Shown: in pieces, positions 1-12,102 of the stretch
Layout of the letters: each line of letters opens with the position of its first letter
Position numbering within the stretch: the stretch's first letter is position 1
DNA from: Takakia lepidozioides
Taxonomy: Eukaryota > Plantae > Bryophyta
Reading direction: 5' to 3'
DNA length: 64,000 bases
NCBI GenBank assembly: GCA_030704615.1
Contig: CM060734.1
Coordinates: 6,944,001 to 7,008,000 of the forward strand
Made by a program: the position numbers and the translations under genes
Notes under the pieces: generated by a model
The model's input: only the letters and a program-made list of their open reading frames with translations
Told to the model about the DNA's origin: nothing
Database searches by the model: none

Positions 1-2319
1 AGGCTCCATATCCGCCTCCATGAGGCCCAAACCTGCGATAGCAGCTCTGTCCAACATCAATGGCTGAGCTCCCGAGTCCAACAAGACCCGAAGTGGCTGG
101 TACTTCTTGCCTGCCGGTCCACTCAATGAGAAAATGCCCTCATGGTTGTCTAACAATACAACTCCAGGTGTCACCATGGCGCGCTCAAAGGCTGGCCTAG
201 CTGGTAGCTCCGTCAATCTGACAGCTGCAGCTTGCTAGGGCGCAGCTGTGGCAGTCTTGACCCTCAAATCCGAGGATCCCTCTGCCACTACACCTTCCAC
301 TAACTCCACAGAAGATGAAGTGACCTCCCCACTCTCACAGAGTGTTGCTGCTAGTCTGAACACTGCAGCTGGTCTTACCCCCGGCGTTGCAATCATGGTT
401 GCCGAGAATAGTGGGGCTTGACACACAGAGGTGGCTGCCCCCAATAACACACTGGCTGCACTAGCCTTGGTAGCAGGTGTTAGTGATGCACGTGTAGCTC
501 TCCCTAATGGCATAGTAACCTCCACCTCGGTAACAGTCGGGCGAGAACTAGGTGCCATGGATGGCGTCGACACTGTCTCCGCCAATGTGAATGACTGAGG
601 AAGCCTCGCCTGACGGCTTGCCTCCCCACGCTGTGGATCCAATTCCACCTCAGCACCTCGTGGCTCAGGAACTCGTGTTGCTTCTCGAGTCACGGCTGCA
701 GCAGACTCCACCTGCTCTAGTGGTAGTGCTGCTCCGCACATGAATCCCATGCCTCCCATATCTCCTCCCTCAGGAGCAGGAGGTGGACCATCCCGCCTTG
801 GAGCTGGTACCACCTGAGCTATAACCATGGCAGCGAGCCTCTGCTCTACCTGCTGAAGCCGGTTGGCCATGCCTTGGTCAACACCCTGACCTCCGCGTCC
901 TTGGCCATGTTGCGCTTGCCCTTGGCCTGCGCCTCGTGCCCGGCCACCTCGTCCTCTCTAGGCTGGTCCACCTCGCCCCCGGCCACCATTGCTCCCTTGG
1001 AACTGGCCTGGGCGCAACTCAGGGTGCAAGTCATAACACTGGGCATCTCCATGCCCATATTTGCCACAATGCCCACACTGCAATTGTGCAGGCTGTGCTT
1101 GTGCTGGCTTTCTGCCACTCTCTGGGCAATCTCTCTTGACATGGGGTCCTCCACATGTCCAACATATCACCCCTGGTTGCTGTTGGCCTGCAAAAGATGC
1201 CACGGGCCTCTACACCTGAGGTCCCCTGTAAGCTCCATGGAACTTGGGTTGGGAAACCTTGCCCCCCTGACCACGCTGTTGGGCAGTCCCTTGTGCCTGT
1301 GGGCTGGCAGCTGCGCTTTGTGCAGGCATGTCCTTGCCAAATCCAATGGTAACAACTCGCTCCTCCACCATGTTGAGCTCAATCCGCTCAGCGAGCAGAA
1401 ACACATCTGTTAATGTGGGTTGGGCTGTTTGTAACAGGGTTGCATCCCGCACTCTTCTCCTGAGCTCCTTGTCCAAAATTCCATACCAGAACTGGATTGC
1501 CTGAGCTTTAGTAACCCCTTGGGTCATACTTATCAAGCGCCTCATACGAGTGTAGGCCTCTCGCAAGCTCTCACTAGGTTTGCGCTGGAAGTCTTGCAAA
1601 CTTCGCAACTTCTCTGTCCGTACACCTTGGTAGTTCATCCGCAACTCCTGGAAGAACTCCACCACCGGGTTGAATCTAGGCACATGTGTTGTAGTCGTGG
1701 CAGGAGGAGTAGTAGCACCTTTTGAACTGGTACCACCTGCAGAAGTACCGGCACTACTTGTTCCACTACTAGTGCTGGCAGTGGGAGATATTGGTACTGA
1801 TGCAGCTACTGGTCGCATCGTGCCTCGAGTAATGGAGACGTAGTCAGGTGACCAATACATCCTCCACTCCTCAATCTCTGCTTCATGTCCTCGCCTGAAC
1901 TCGTGGTAATCGTCCATAGGCGGGCCTTCCAAATGCTGGAACAGTCCCTTCCGCGCCATGAATGGGGTGAACAGCTGTGGATTGCACATCTGCTGCAAAT
2001 CACACCAGTTGTCGAACTCCTGGATAAAGTCATCCAGCTCAATTGTGCCCACAGCTCCAGAGTACCTACGAGGCCCCTTGGTAGCTCCATACATCTCCTC
2101 CATGTCGTCCCACAACAATGGCGAATGAAACTGCACACTTGTTGATGAAGCCTCCGAGTCTGTGTCTGACTCTGCACTAGTTGAGGGTGGAGGTGAAGGT
2201 GGTCTGAAATGAACACCTCGTCTGGTGAACCCACTCTCACTGCTACTGCCTGTAGCCGTACTCCCCTCAGAACCCCTAGGTAACTCCGTGATGACACTCA
2301 CAATGTGCACCTCCCCCAC
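1..2319 (-). pseudogene. gag: Gypsy gag-protease, disrupted
   Basis: ORF 1210-2319 (capsid-like, ESLREAYTRMRRL), knuckles CWTCGGPHVKRDC and CGHCGKYGHGDAQC (958-1203), linker 235-870, then KKYQPLRVLLDSGAQP. Stops at 1210 and 235 and a frameshift near 950. Confidence 0.9.
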
Positions 2320-2839
2320 GTGACACTATAAGGCTCTAGTACTAATTCAAATAGTGACACGGGTAGGCACCTATTGCAGTTTAAGGGTCATATCCCAGTG
2401 GCTCAAAGCACCTGCACCTGCATCCACCGCAAGAACTCCTATGGTTGGCTGGTCATCAACCCAGTCTCACCATAGAAGAAACACTGGTGGTCTTGCTGGT
2501 CATCACTTCAGCCTCACCACCGAAAGCATACTCTAGGATTGATCGGTGATCAAATCCGGCCTAATCCCTATGAAAGCAAGCGCCCACACAAAACCAACAT
2601 GGCGCACAGTCAAGCATGCAGGTGTTGGGAGGGATCCAAACACAAGAAATCAAAACATCAACACCCCCACACCAAAATCCATCTGCAATGCTGATCCTGC
2701 AGAATATCCCAGCCCAAAACCCCGGACTGACTGGCCTCCACAAAGAGAGGCTTTGGCAACTACAAGTACAAAGTAATGAAAATAGTAAAGAGATGGAGGG
2801 GAAGAATAGAAGCCCGACCAAGCAAGATCTAATCCTGAT

Positions 2840-3571
2840 CTATGCTATCAACTGCCAGACTTCTCTCAAAGTGCCTCGCTCTGCATGATGGTAAGGTGTA
2901 GGCGGTATATCTATGTCCAAAAACCTGCCACTAACCTTGTCCCAAGCTACAGTAGCTCGCTCTAACCAACCCTCCTCCTCAAAGTAGTACTCCCCTATCT
3001 CCCGCTCACTGAACACTAAAGAAAATAAAGGTAGGGTATGACAGTCTCTCACCTCGAAAGCTTTGAGACGGTTGCGGGTGTCCTCATTGCGAATGACTGC
3101 ATCTCCTTCAAGCAAAACAAACTTGTCATTGCCAATGAACCCCCGCTCGTGGTTGCCTTGTGCAGAGCGTGTCCGGCTGTAACCATGTCTGATTGCACAA
3201 ACTTGTGTAGCTCCTGCTCCTCTGCTCCAGTACACCACGACCTTGTGGCTGAACACCTTGGTCCCCGGGGCTGTCTTTGGCTGTGTTCCAAGCCTAGCTT
3301 TCACCCACTTTGGTATTTCACCTACAGCTGCAGAACTGCTGGCTCCAACAGAGTTCTGACTGTCCAAAGCAATATTGAGGCCCTCATCGCCAACTACAGC
3401 AGTTTGTTGTCTACTGCTAATGCCTGACTCCCAGTATGCAATCAACTCGTCCAACTGTTCTCCACTCAAATCAGTCTGAGTTCCTTGGGAAACATAAATC
3501 CTGTCCCCTTGTGTGCACAGGCTAAGAGAAGAGACCTGCCCTTCAATGACGTCCTCATTCTCCCCAGCCAT
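2840..3571 (-). CDS. Uninterrupted 243-aa ORF of unknown function in the Gypsy leader, upstream of gag
   Basis: ATG start, no stops, globular-looking composition, same strand as gag; no motif recognised. Confidence 0.5.
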   Translation of the reverse strand: MAGENEDVIEGQVSSLSLCTQGDRIYVSQGTQTDLSGEQLDELIAYWESGISSRQQTAVVGDEGLNIALDSQNSVGASSSAAVGEIPKWVKARLGTQPKTAPGTKVFSHKVVVYWSRGAGATQVCAIRHGYSRTRSAQGNHERGFIGNDKFVLLEGDAVIRNEDTRNRLKAFEVRDCHTLPLFSLVFSEREIGEYYFEEEGWLERATVAWDKVSGRFLDIDIPPTPYHHAERGTLREVWQLIA

Positions 3572-5903
3572 ACAAGGAGTACATCCCCAGATTTATCTCT
3601 CATGTAGACCAGAACAGGTTCTAGAAACAGAATTGTGGATCTTTCATGGCACACTCACACTCTAAAAATTCCATAGATTTTTAGCAGAGTCCCAAAAACT
3701 AAAAGGTAGATTTCCCCTTTCTGCAGCTATCCCCTCAAAAACTGAGTCAAACAGAGTCCATTTGACAAAGATATGACCAATTTGGCTCTAAATCATTTAA
3801 TTTAGATCAAAAGGGTTTTCTTTTTTTTTTTTTTTTTTTTATTTTTTTAAGGTTTTCAAATTTTAAATTTTAAAGTTACACCCAAAATATCTGGTAACTG
3901 GTTCCCGGTTCCCTAAGTTCTATATGGTTTCCTAGGTTCCCTGGCCACGTGCCTGCTGTTCCCCTCCATTTCATTTGAGTTCAACAGCTCACCATGCTTT
4001 GGAATCCCAACCGTCTTCTACCACAAACCGTGGTGACGATGGAGGTCGTGGAGCTCATTTCCCCTTAGCAACACTTCACCTTGGCACCCTCACAAGTTTC
4101 ATTGAAGTAAAGCTGGCAAGCAAGTTCCTGCAAAGCCTGCCCCACACACCAGCTTAGCAGTGTCCAAATTGAGTGATCCCCAGCTGGAACCTTTCTTCAA
4201 GCCCGTCGGCTATGTGGAAACCCAGCTGCAGTGCACGGAAGTACGAGTGCCTCGACCACTCTGCAATGTGCCTGGCTTTGTGGCAGATCTGCCCTCTGAT
4301 CCTTGCTTACTGGCAGGGGCTCTCAAAACCCAAAAGAACTGTTGTCCACTGGCTTCGAGTCCGAGAGCTAGCTGATCAATCTGTGTGGCAGTGAGTAGTG
4401 CTATGGTTCCAAAGGCAATATAGAGGACCGATGACGGAGGATGGTTGTTTAACCATTCTAAGCACCTTGCCAGCTACAAGGGAAAAAACCCCGAATTTCC
4501 TCCTTCCCTGCCCTGCTTAGAAAGAGCAACCTAAGCTGCTGACAGTAAGAGCCTCTTTCCGAGGAAAAACCAAGACTCTTACGTCATTCAACCACTAGGG
4601 GTACAATCCAGTTCACAATAACAGAGTCAGTAAATATCCTTCCTGACAGACTCCTTCACGTTCTACATAAAGCATATTGCCAAAGCTGCAGTCGCACCAT
4701 TGTGAAGGATCTTTAAAGAACTCCAGTCAGCGCTGTTCCATGCTCCAGTGCTGACCTACATGCCAGATATTCAAAAGGGCAATTCTTCCCATTATAGGCC
4801 CCTTCTTCGACCAGATTACTAGGTGTTGGTCAAGCCAAAAGACAGTTCACGGTGCATAGAATACCCGCATACAGAAACAGCGAAGTGTTATGACCTAATC
4901 TTGTTGGGATCCCTGAAGGCTTCGTAGGAGGCGTAGCTACCACTTGGAAGGGACTCCGTACTTGGGCCTTGACAAGTAGGATCCCGCTTTCAGCTCCATA
5001 ACCCAGTCCTTAATCTGGTCAGCAAGCAAGCACTCAGCAAGCAAGCATCACGCATCAGTGAAAACCATAATCTGCTGCTCCATTTGAGTACATCTCTCAA
5101 TCCCTCTCTACAATCCCCCAACATTACCAATCACATTCTGCTCTTCCGCTGCCTCCCCAGCACCACAAGATGTGAAAGGCTTGTTCTGCACCCTCGGTTC
5201 TTGATCCAAAAAAACTGATGAGCAAAGTGTTTCCATAAAAACAGCGGAACAAAGGATGGGAGAGATGGTGCATCCCTGCGCCCCGCCATCCAGCGCGCTC
5301 TGCTTCTCGTTCGACCTTCACTACTCGCACACCATACACGAGCGCGCAACGCCGAGACTCATCGACAGCACGTCTGGAGACTCCGCACAGGGACAAGCAG
5401 CAACACAGGTGCAGGCAGACAGTTCAGTGGTCACTGCAAGACTCCATCACCAAGAGCTTGGGGCCAACTTGGCCAATTTCTACACTCATGCCAACCTGGT
5501 TCTTGGCAAGCTACCGCTCCCGCCAAGTAAAATCATCAGCTCTACAGGTCACGGTGAATCCAGCAATATGCCTGCAAACCAGAATGGGCTACAAGCCAAT
5601 GGCCCTTCTTGAACTGCAACACAACGGACCACACAAGTTGGGCACGACTGGCCTATTGGTGCTCAGCCTGCCCCAGCGCTCAGGCAGCAGGGCTGCCAGG
5701 GCCCCCGTGCGCACCCGCCACCACAAACAGGGATAACTACACCCTGATCACCACCAACGCCAATGTGTAAACAACAAGCGCATACCCATGGCAACAGCAG
5801 GGCCAGATGGACTCCTGCCCCAAGATATATATTATAATAGTGCTAAAACAAACATTGTATCTAGCTTAGCACTAGAAAACTAGATAGCGTCATCTCTCTC
5901 GAG

Positions 5904-6257
5904 TGATAAGAAAGCTAAGAACACACTGTTCACACAAGAAACAACATGAATCCAGCAGCATCACTCTTTAAAATAATAGTCGAGCAAGGGGCACCCCAAG
6001 CTATGGGGACTCCACCCCACAACAACCTATACTCCCTACATAAACACACTCAGATTCTAAAGCGTGAAGGAGCTCGGTCGCGCAGGCTCAACTCGAGAGA
6101 GATGAGCTGCGCGACTGATGCTCTCATGAAGATAAGACGGTTCAGATGTCAAACTAAACTTGACACCTGATTTAACACTTGACCTAAATCCAAGTGTTAA
6201 ATACAAATAACTAGCTTTATTCTAGTTAGTTTCACACTGTGCTTATTTAACTTGACA
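5904..6257 (-). repeat. Terminal repeat unit B (TG...CA), lone copy at the 5' end of Gypsy copy 1
   Basis: Minus strand TGTCAAGTTA...CTTATCA. Shares blocks (gcacccca..catgggga.tccac, ggctca.ctcgaga, gaagataa, ctagttagtttcacact, taacttgaca) with 10777-11093 and 20580-20906. Confidence 0.8.
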
Positions 6258-7009
6258 CCATTGATTCCGGTATGTGAGTATACTTTAAGAAATTGAATGG
6301 TTGGTTGAGTGAGATGGCTAAAGTGATGATTGCTGAGATAAGATTACGATCTGGGTAGTGATGGTGGGAGGATGGGCTGGCTATGTGGTTTCAGAGGAGA
6401 AAGAGCGAAGTTAAGCTGTATGTAATAATGTAGTATGGTGAGGGGAATGCATGTAGCTGGGAGAGGGCTTCGTAGATGGCCATAAGATGGTTGCGGGGCC
6501 CGGAAGTTGGTGGGTTGTACCAGTGTTAGTGGCCGCGTGGTAGACTCCATATCCGGCGCAGGAGCCAGCTTGGGAGCCATATGTGTAGTGTGCATGTGCT
6601 GAGGGGTATTTTAAAGAGGTAGGGCCTAGATGAATTGGAGGTGCTCCAACATGGGTGATATTGAGTGACGGGATGGGGCGGGGAGGGGTCGGAATCCATG
6701 TTTTGTTTGTTTTTGGTCTGTAGGGGGATCGAGATGGGGCGTGTAAAGGTGGCGTTGGAAAGGATGTGATAGCCATGCTGTGAGTGTCGGACAGTTTAAG
6801 GTGGGTAGAGAAGTCTACAGGTATATGGGTGTGGGAAACGTTGTGGACTAACAGGATTAAGGTTAGAGTGGGTTCTTTGTGCCGTAGGTATTTACGGAAA
6901 GGTGGGTTGCATATGTATCGAAGTTGTTTGGGTTCAATGGCTACCAAAGGAGTAACGTCAGGAGGGAATTGTAGAAGGGGGTGGTGATGGGCCAGGCATT
7001 TTTTATTGA

Positions 7010-7480
7010 GTTAGGATGAGGATGGTTGAGGTGGAAGGGGAGGAGTATGTAGCCTGGCGGGCCCATTGAAGGGCCTCGTGTGCAAGTGGCCCTGCGGGCG
7101 GGTGAGCGAGGCCTCCTCCTGTCCATGTGTGCTGGGTAGCGGTTCCTAAAGCACCGAATATACTGTCACGTGGATGTGGGTTGTTTTATGTGGAGAGCTC
7201 CATGGGGCAGGTTAGTGGGCTGGAGTAATATGAGTGAGTCAACTGAAATGAGGCGATGAGGAGTTTGAGGATGTCTGAGGGGAGGGTAGTATGGGAGTAG
7301 GCTTGCGCCAGTTTGTTGAGGTTACGGGGCTTCTTAGTGGGGGTATCGCCTAGGTATCGGTTAAGAAGCCAGCTGACCTCTGCGGCAAAGTCTTGTTTTG
7401 GAGGCTGTAGCTGGCTATTCTGTGTGTCAGAGGTGGAATATTTATACCAAAGCCAGGCAAGCCGAACATTGGGAATGGAT
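7010..7480 (-). other. PCIF1/CAPAM-like N6-adenosine methyltransferase-fold domain within LINE copy 1 ORF
   Basis: LAWLWYKY...FAAEVSWLLNRY...TLPSDILKLLIASFQLTHSYYSSPLTC...DSIFGALG...GGGLAHPPA...TILIL is colinear with PCIF1 as recalled (KLWLLY...VWCLLRRY...[27 protein letters not shown]...DGYFGSRG...FEANPPF...FIVFIP). One stop at 7186. Confidence 0.65.
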
Positions 7481-7754
7481 CTGGCAAAACTACCGTTCAT
7501 TGTGTAAATGTTGGATTGTGAGGTGCTGGGGCATCTTAATGGGTGGCCGGGCATAATATCTTTGTTTGGGTTGCATTCGGTGATGTATATTTGTATATTA
7601 GGAGTGGCTAGTGGTTGGCTGATGTAGCGGGTGTCAGTGGGTTGGGTTTGCGAGACATGATATTGGTGGGTGTGTCTTAGATAGGTGGTGTTTGTGGTTT
7701 TGTGGAATTTGATGAGGAGAGTGCGGTTATGAACTGGGTCGCAGTCGTCATGTG

Positions 7755-7905
7755 ATCCAAAGAGGCCGTCTTCAATTTGCCATGTGTTATCTTCTGCTGG
7801 GAATCCCTCCCATTTACACAAATAGTATGTATCAACACATATCGCTCCGAAGGCGTCAAGTGATGATTGGGTTTTGATGCCGAGGATAGCTTCAATGACG
7901 AAGGC
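7755..7905 (-). other. Chromodomain within LINE copy 1 ORF
   Basis: FVIEAIL...YYLCKWEGFPAEDNTWQIEDGL fits the chromo consensus (F/Y)xVExIL...YLxKWxG...NTWExxxxL. Confidence 0.85.
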
Positions 7906-10393
7906 CTCGGGGTGGTCTGGGTCTGGTAGGTGGGGGTACGGTGGTGGAGTGGGCGACAATTGGGATAAAAGGGATGATTGTTGGTGTGTGTTAGGTGATG
8001 TCGGTGACATCCAGGGAGGTGCGGTGAGGGGGGTGGGAAGGGGGGAGGGTTGGGGAGAGGGGGGGGATATAGACTGGGGGTTTTGAGATGCTTTAAGTAG
8101 TTGTAGTATTGATGGGGCTGGTGCTGTTCTGAATTCCGGGAGGAGGTCTTGGATATTGTGCGGGTAGAGCTTGCATGGCATATCACATTGTAAGGTGCAT
8201 GAGGCAGATGGGTGGCAAAAGAGGAGACGCAGATGGAGGAGGTAGCGGCGTGTCTTGATCGTGGCCCGTGAGTGTTTTAAGGTGAATTGACTTGAGGTTA
8301 GGAGCCGGTGTCCATCCGCAGTGGTGAGTTGGGCAAGGTTAGTGATATGTCGAGCTTTGAAGTAGGCAAGGATGTGTTTTTTTTGTTTAGGATATGAGTT
8401 TTCAAATTGTGCAGAAGAGGGGCTATTGTTCCATGCGCGTTCAAGTGGTGATATGGAGGTGGGATAGCCAGGAAGATCAGTTTGGATGCTTATTTTCCTT
8501 TGGCGTAGGAGAAAGAGGGTGCGGGCGGTGGGTGAGTGGAGGCAAGATTGGGGGTGGAGGGTGGGGAGGGAGTATAGCCCGTTGTGTTTGGAGGCAAGGT
8601 GCTTGAGTGGTCCTTGGAAAATGAGCCCTAGACGACCCGGGTCGTTGAGGGCTTCTAGGAGTTGTGTACCAAGTGTGCGGGCATATGAGATAATAAGGGG
8701 AGTGGATCCTATGCCATAATTGTCTTGGGGGAGTTGAGTGAGGACGCTGGGGGTACTGGTAGGTAATCCACATATACGTTTGGTGAGTTGGATAATATTT
8801 TTGTCCAGCTGTCTAATGTCAGGCAGGGAAAAGGGGGCTGCATGAAAGGCATATTGGATTTGTGGATGGAGGACTTGTCGGATGATAGCTAGTTTGGGAC
8901 GAATGGAAATGGGGGATTTGAGAAGGGCTAGGCTCTTGTTGTTTAGTTTAGAGAGAGTTATTTGCTTTTGGATGTTCCAGGTAAGCGATGGGACTAGTTG
9001 GATGCCTAGGTATGTGTAGGGTTCATCTGGACCTAAAAAAAGAAAATGTTTTTGTTGGTAACGGATGTGGAGCTTGCAGTGGGAGGCGATCGTAGATTTA
9101 GTGAATTTGCTATTATGTGTGGCTGTAGTGACCGCACATTTGTGAAGACTCGGTTTCGTGCTTGACCATTGGTTAAAGCGGGAGAGTTTATCGACCTGGC
9201 GGTTGAGATGTTGTGGCTTGTGTGCTAGGATAGCGAGGTCGTCTGCGAAGCGGCTGCGGATATTTCGTTAGTAGAGGTTTTGTATTGGTAGCCTAAGTTG
9301 CCTCGGGCGAGCTATCTTAGTAATGGTTCAAGGAAGATAATGAAGAGATAGGGGCTCAGCGTGTCCCCTTGGATGTTGCCGCGTAGGATGGGAATTGGGG
9401 GGGTGGAGCCATAGTAGGAACCAAAATATTCTGTGGTGTTGTTGGTGTAGATGTTACCGATGAGTTGGATGGCGTCGGTGGGGTAGCCTAGATCTGACAT
9501 GATGGCCAATAATCTAGGGTGGTCCAGAGAGCCGAAGGCATTTTTGAAGTCGATATAGAGGAGGTAGATGTCGTGTTTGGTAAGCTTAGCGTCTTCTAGG
9601 GCGGAGGTAACGAATTGTATCTGACGGATTGTGCTTCGTGTGGCCCGGAACCCTTCTTGGGGGTCGCTTAAAATCTGGTGTTGTTCTCCGTAATTAGACA
9701 ACATCCTTGTTGGGGTACTGGTGAATAATTTATAGATAGTGTTGGCGAGGGCTATTGGTCTGTAATTACTTAGATCTGTTGGGTCATCTTTTTTGAATAA
9801 TAGAATGGTTTGGCTATGTTTCCAGGAGAGTGGGAAACATTGAAGTAGATCGCAATGTTGAAAATTTTTAAAGATGAGAGAATGGAACTGGGGGTCAAGT
9901 GCTTGTAGGATGGCGTTGGGGATTAGACCTGGGCCCGGGGCTTTTGATTTAGAAAGAGCTTTTAGCATGAGTTGAATAGGTCCTGGGTAAAGAAGTTAAT
10001 GATGTGGTCTTCGGGTCGGCCTCGCTTTTCAAGTGAGAAGCCATCAAGATCGTGCCATGGGTAGTGTTTTACTTTACATAAACAGTTGTGATGGTGTAGG
10101 TTAGGGTGCAAGCAGTTATTGACCGTGGGTGTGTATGAGTCAGAAGCTTGTAGCCAGATTTCATGTCTAATATCCTCAGGGTGGGTTAACATATGTCCAC
10201 GTCTATGTTTGATGCAGTCGATAGGTGGGTTGATTGCGGGGTTGAAGATGGCTTTGTGAGCTCTTTTGGGGTGGTCGTGTAGTAGCTTTCCAAAGGAAAT
10301 GATGAATTTTTTGTGGTTTTCGGTGGCTTTATGCTTTGTGATGGCATATGCAGCGTTTTTGGCATCTCTTCCAATCTTGGAAAGAGATGCGGT

Positions 10394-11468
10394 TGTCGTG
10401 CGCATACATATCGCTACACAACTACATCGCTGTCCACAACCACACAATACATGTGCACACCAAACACTAGTCTATCACTAGTCCACCACTAGTGCACCAC
10501 TAGGCTGTCATTAGACAACCACTAGTCACCGCTAGTGTAGCCACTAGTCCACCACTAGGTTGTCACTAGCCACCACTAGTGCAGCCACTAGGCTGCCACT
10601 AGTCTACCACTAGGCTGCCACTAGCCACCACTAGGTTGTCACTAGCCACCACTAGTGCAGCCACTAGGCTGCCACTAGGCTGCCACTAGCCACCACTAGT
10701 GCAGCCACTAGTCCAACCACTAGGCTACCACTAGCCACCACTAGTCCATCACTAGGCCGTCACTAGTCCATCACAATGATAAGGAAAGAAATGATACAAG
10801 CATACAAACTCTCTCAAACTCGCACACTTGCACATGAAAACATCACTCATATATTAAGTCGAGCCAAGTGCACCCCACGCCATGGGGAATCCACACTACG
10901 GCGCCATAGCTAGACGCGGTGAGGCTCAGCTCGAGAAAGATAAGCCCACTGCGATCTGCCGTGAAGATAACAACGCCAGGTGCCCAAACATATATTGGCC
11001 CCTGGATTGATACTTGGGTCAATCCCAAATGTCAATATATCAAAACTAACTATTTCCTAGTTAGTTTCACACTAGTGGTAAAATAACTTGACAGCTGTCG
11101 TGCGCATACATATCGCTACACAACTACATCGTTGTCCACAACCACACAACACATGTGCACACCAAACACTAGTCTATCACTAGTGCACCACTAGGCTGTC
11201 ACTAGACAACCAATAGTCACCACTAGTGCAGCCACTAGTCCACCACTAGGCTGCCACTAGCCACCACTAGTGCAGCCACTAGTCCAACTACTAGGTTGCC
11301 ACTAGCCACCACTAGTGCAGCCACTAATCCACCACTAGGCTGCCACTAGCCATCACTAGTGCAGCCACTAGTCCAACCACTAGGTTGCCACTAGCCACCA
11401 CTAGTCCACCACTAGTCCATCACTAGGCTGCCACTAGCCACCACTAGTGCAGCCACTAGTCCATCACA
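10394..11468 (-). repeat. 3' terminal A-B-A repeat of Gypsy copy 2 (A 10394-10775, B 10777-11093, A 11096-11468)
   Basis: Two near-identical A units (TG...CA, filled with CCACTAG-type tandem repeats) flank B. The PPT-like AAGGGGGCGAT adjoins 11468 on the minus strand. Confidence 0.9.
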
Positions 11469-11985
11469 ATCGCCCCCTTAGCTGGCGCTTAGGTCCCTCT
11501 AAGTCCAGGTAGCCACAAGATGTTATAATGGCCATAGCCTTACTAAGTCCTCCACCACTGTCCATACTACACTCAATGAGTGACTCAATGAGTGGGGTAT
11601 CTGATACATATGGGTGGACAGATTGAGCAACAAGGTACAACATCGAGGGAGAGAGTTATATGGTGAAGTCAGACAGAGACGGATCATCCACACATGAAGC
11701 CCATATTAATCTGGTCTTCCCTAGGCATAGGAGGTTGTGCAGGTGGGGCTTGAACCTCAGGCCTTGGAGCTGGCGCAACATGAGTAGTGGCCATGGCAGC
11801 AAGACGTTGCTCTAGCTGGGCAAGCCTATTCGCCATGCCAGCTTGGTCATGACCTTGACCCTGACCCTGTGCTCCTTGGTTTTGGTTACGACCTCCACCA
11901 CGATCTCTGCCTCCTCTTCCTCTCTGAACTACATTGCCGCGACCTCGGCCATCATTGTTCCCTTGGAACTAGTTAGTTCGCAGCT

Positions 11986-12066
11986 CCCGGGGAAGTCACT
12001 TCCTATCACAAGTCACTCCCTATCACTGGTATAAAGCACGCGAGATAAATGGGTATTTTGTAAGGG

Positions 12067-12102
<36 letters not shown>

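Larger units (their letters stand above)
1..6257 (-). mobile_element. Ty3/Gypsy element copy 1 (5' part: terminal repeat B, long leader with extra ORF, gag, start of protease; continues off the left edge)
   Basis: gag and two CCHC knuckles, protease VLLDSGAQP at about 60-90. The leader 2400-2720 is homologous to 14350-14670. It begins TGTCAAG at 6257, exactly where it interrupts LINE RNase H codons (FLKVYSHTGING). Confidence 0.8.
6258..10393 (-). mobile_element. LINE copy 1 (Dualen/RandI-like), internal fragment cut at both ends by Gypsy termini: RT, chromodomain, PCIF1-like domain, RNase H
   Basis: Non-LTR RT motifs KAPGP, NYRPIAL, QEGFR, YIDFKNAFGS, IQGDTLSPYLF (9312-9968) and FADDL at about 9240; RNase H HYTYGSQAG at about 6580; several stops and frameshifts. 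Confidence 0.9.
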
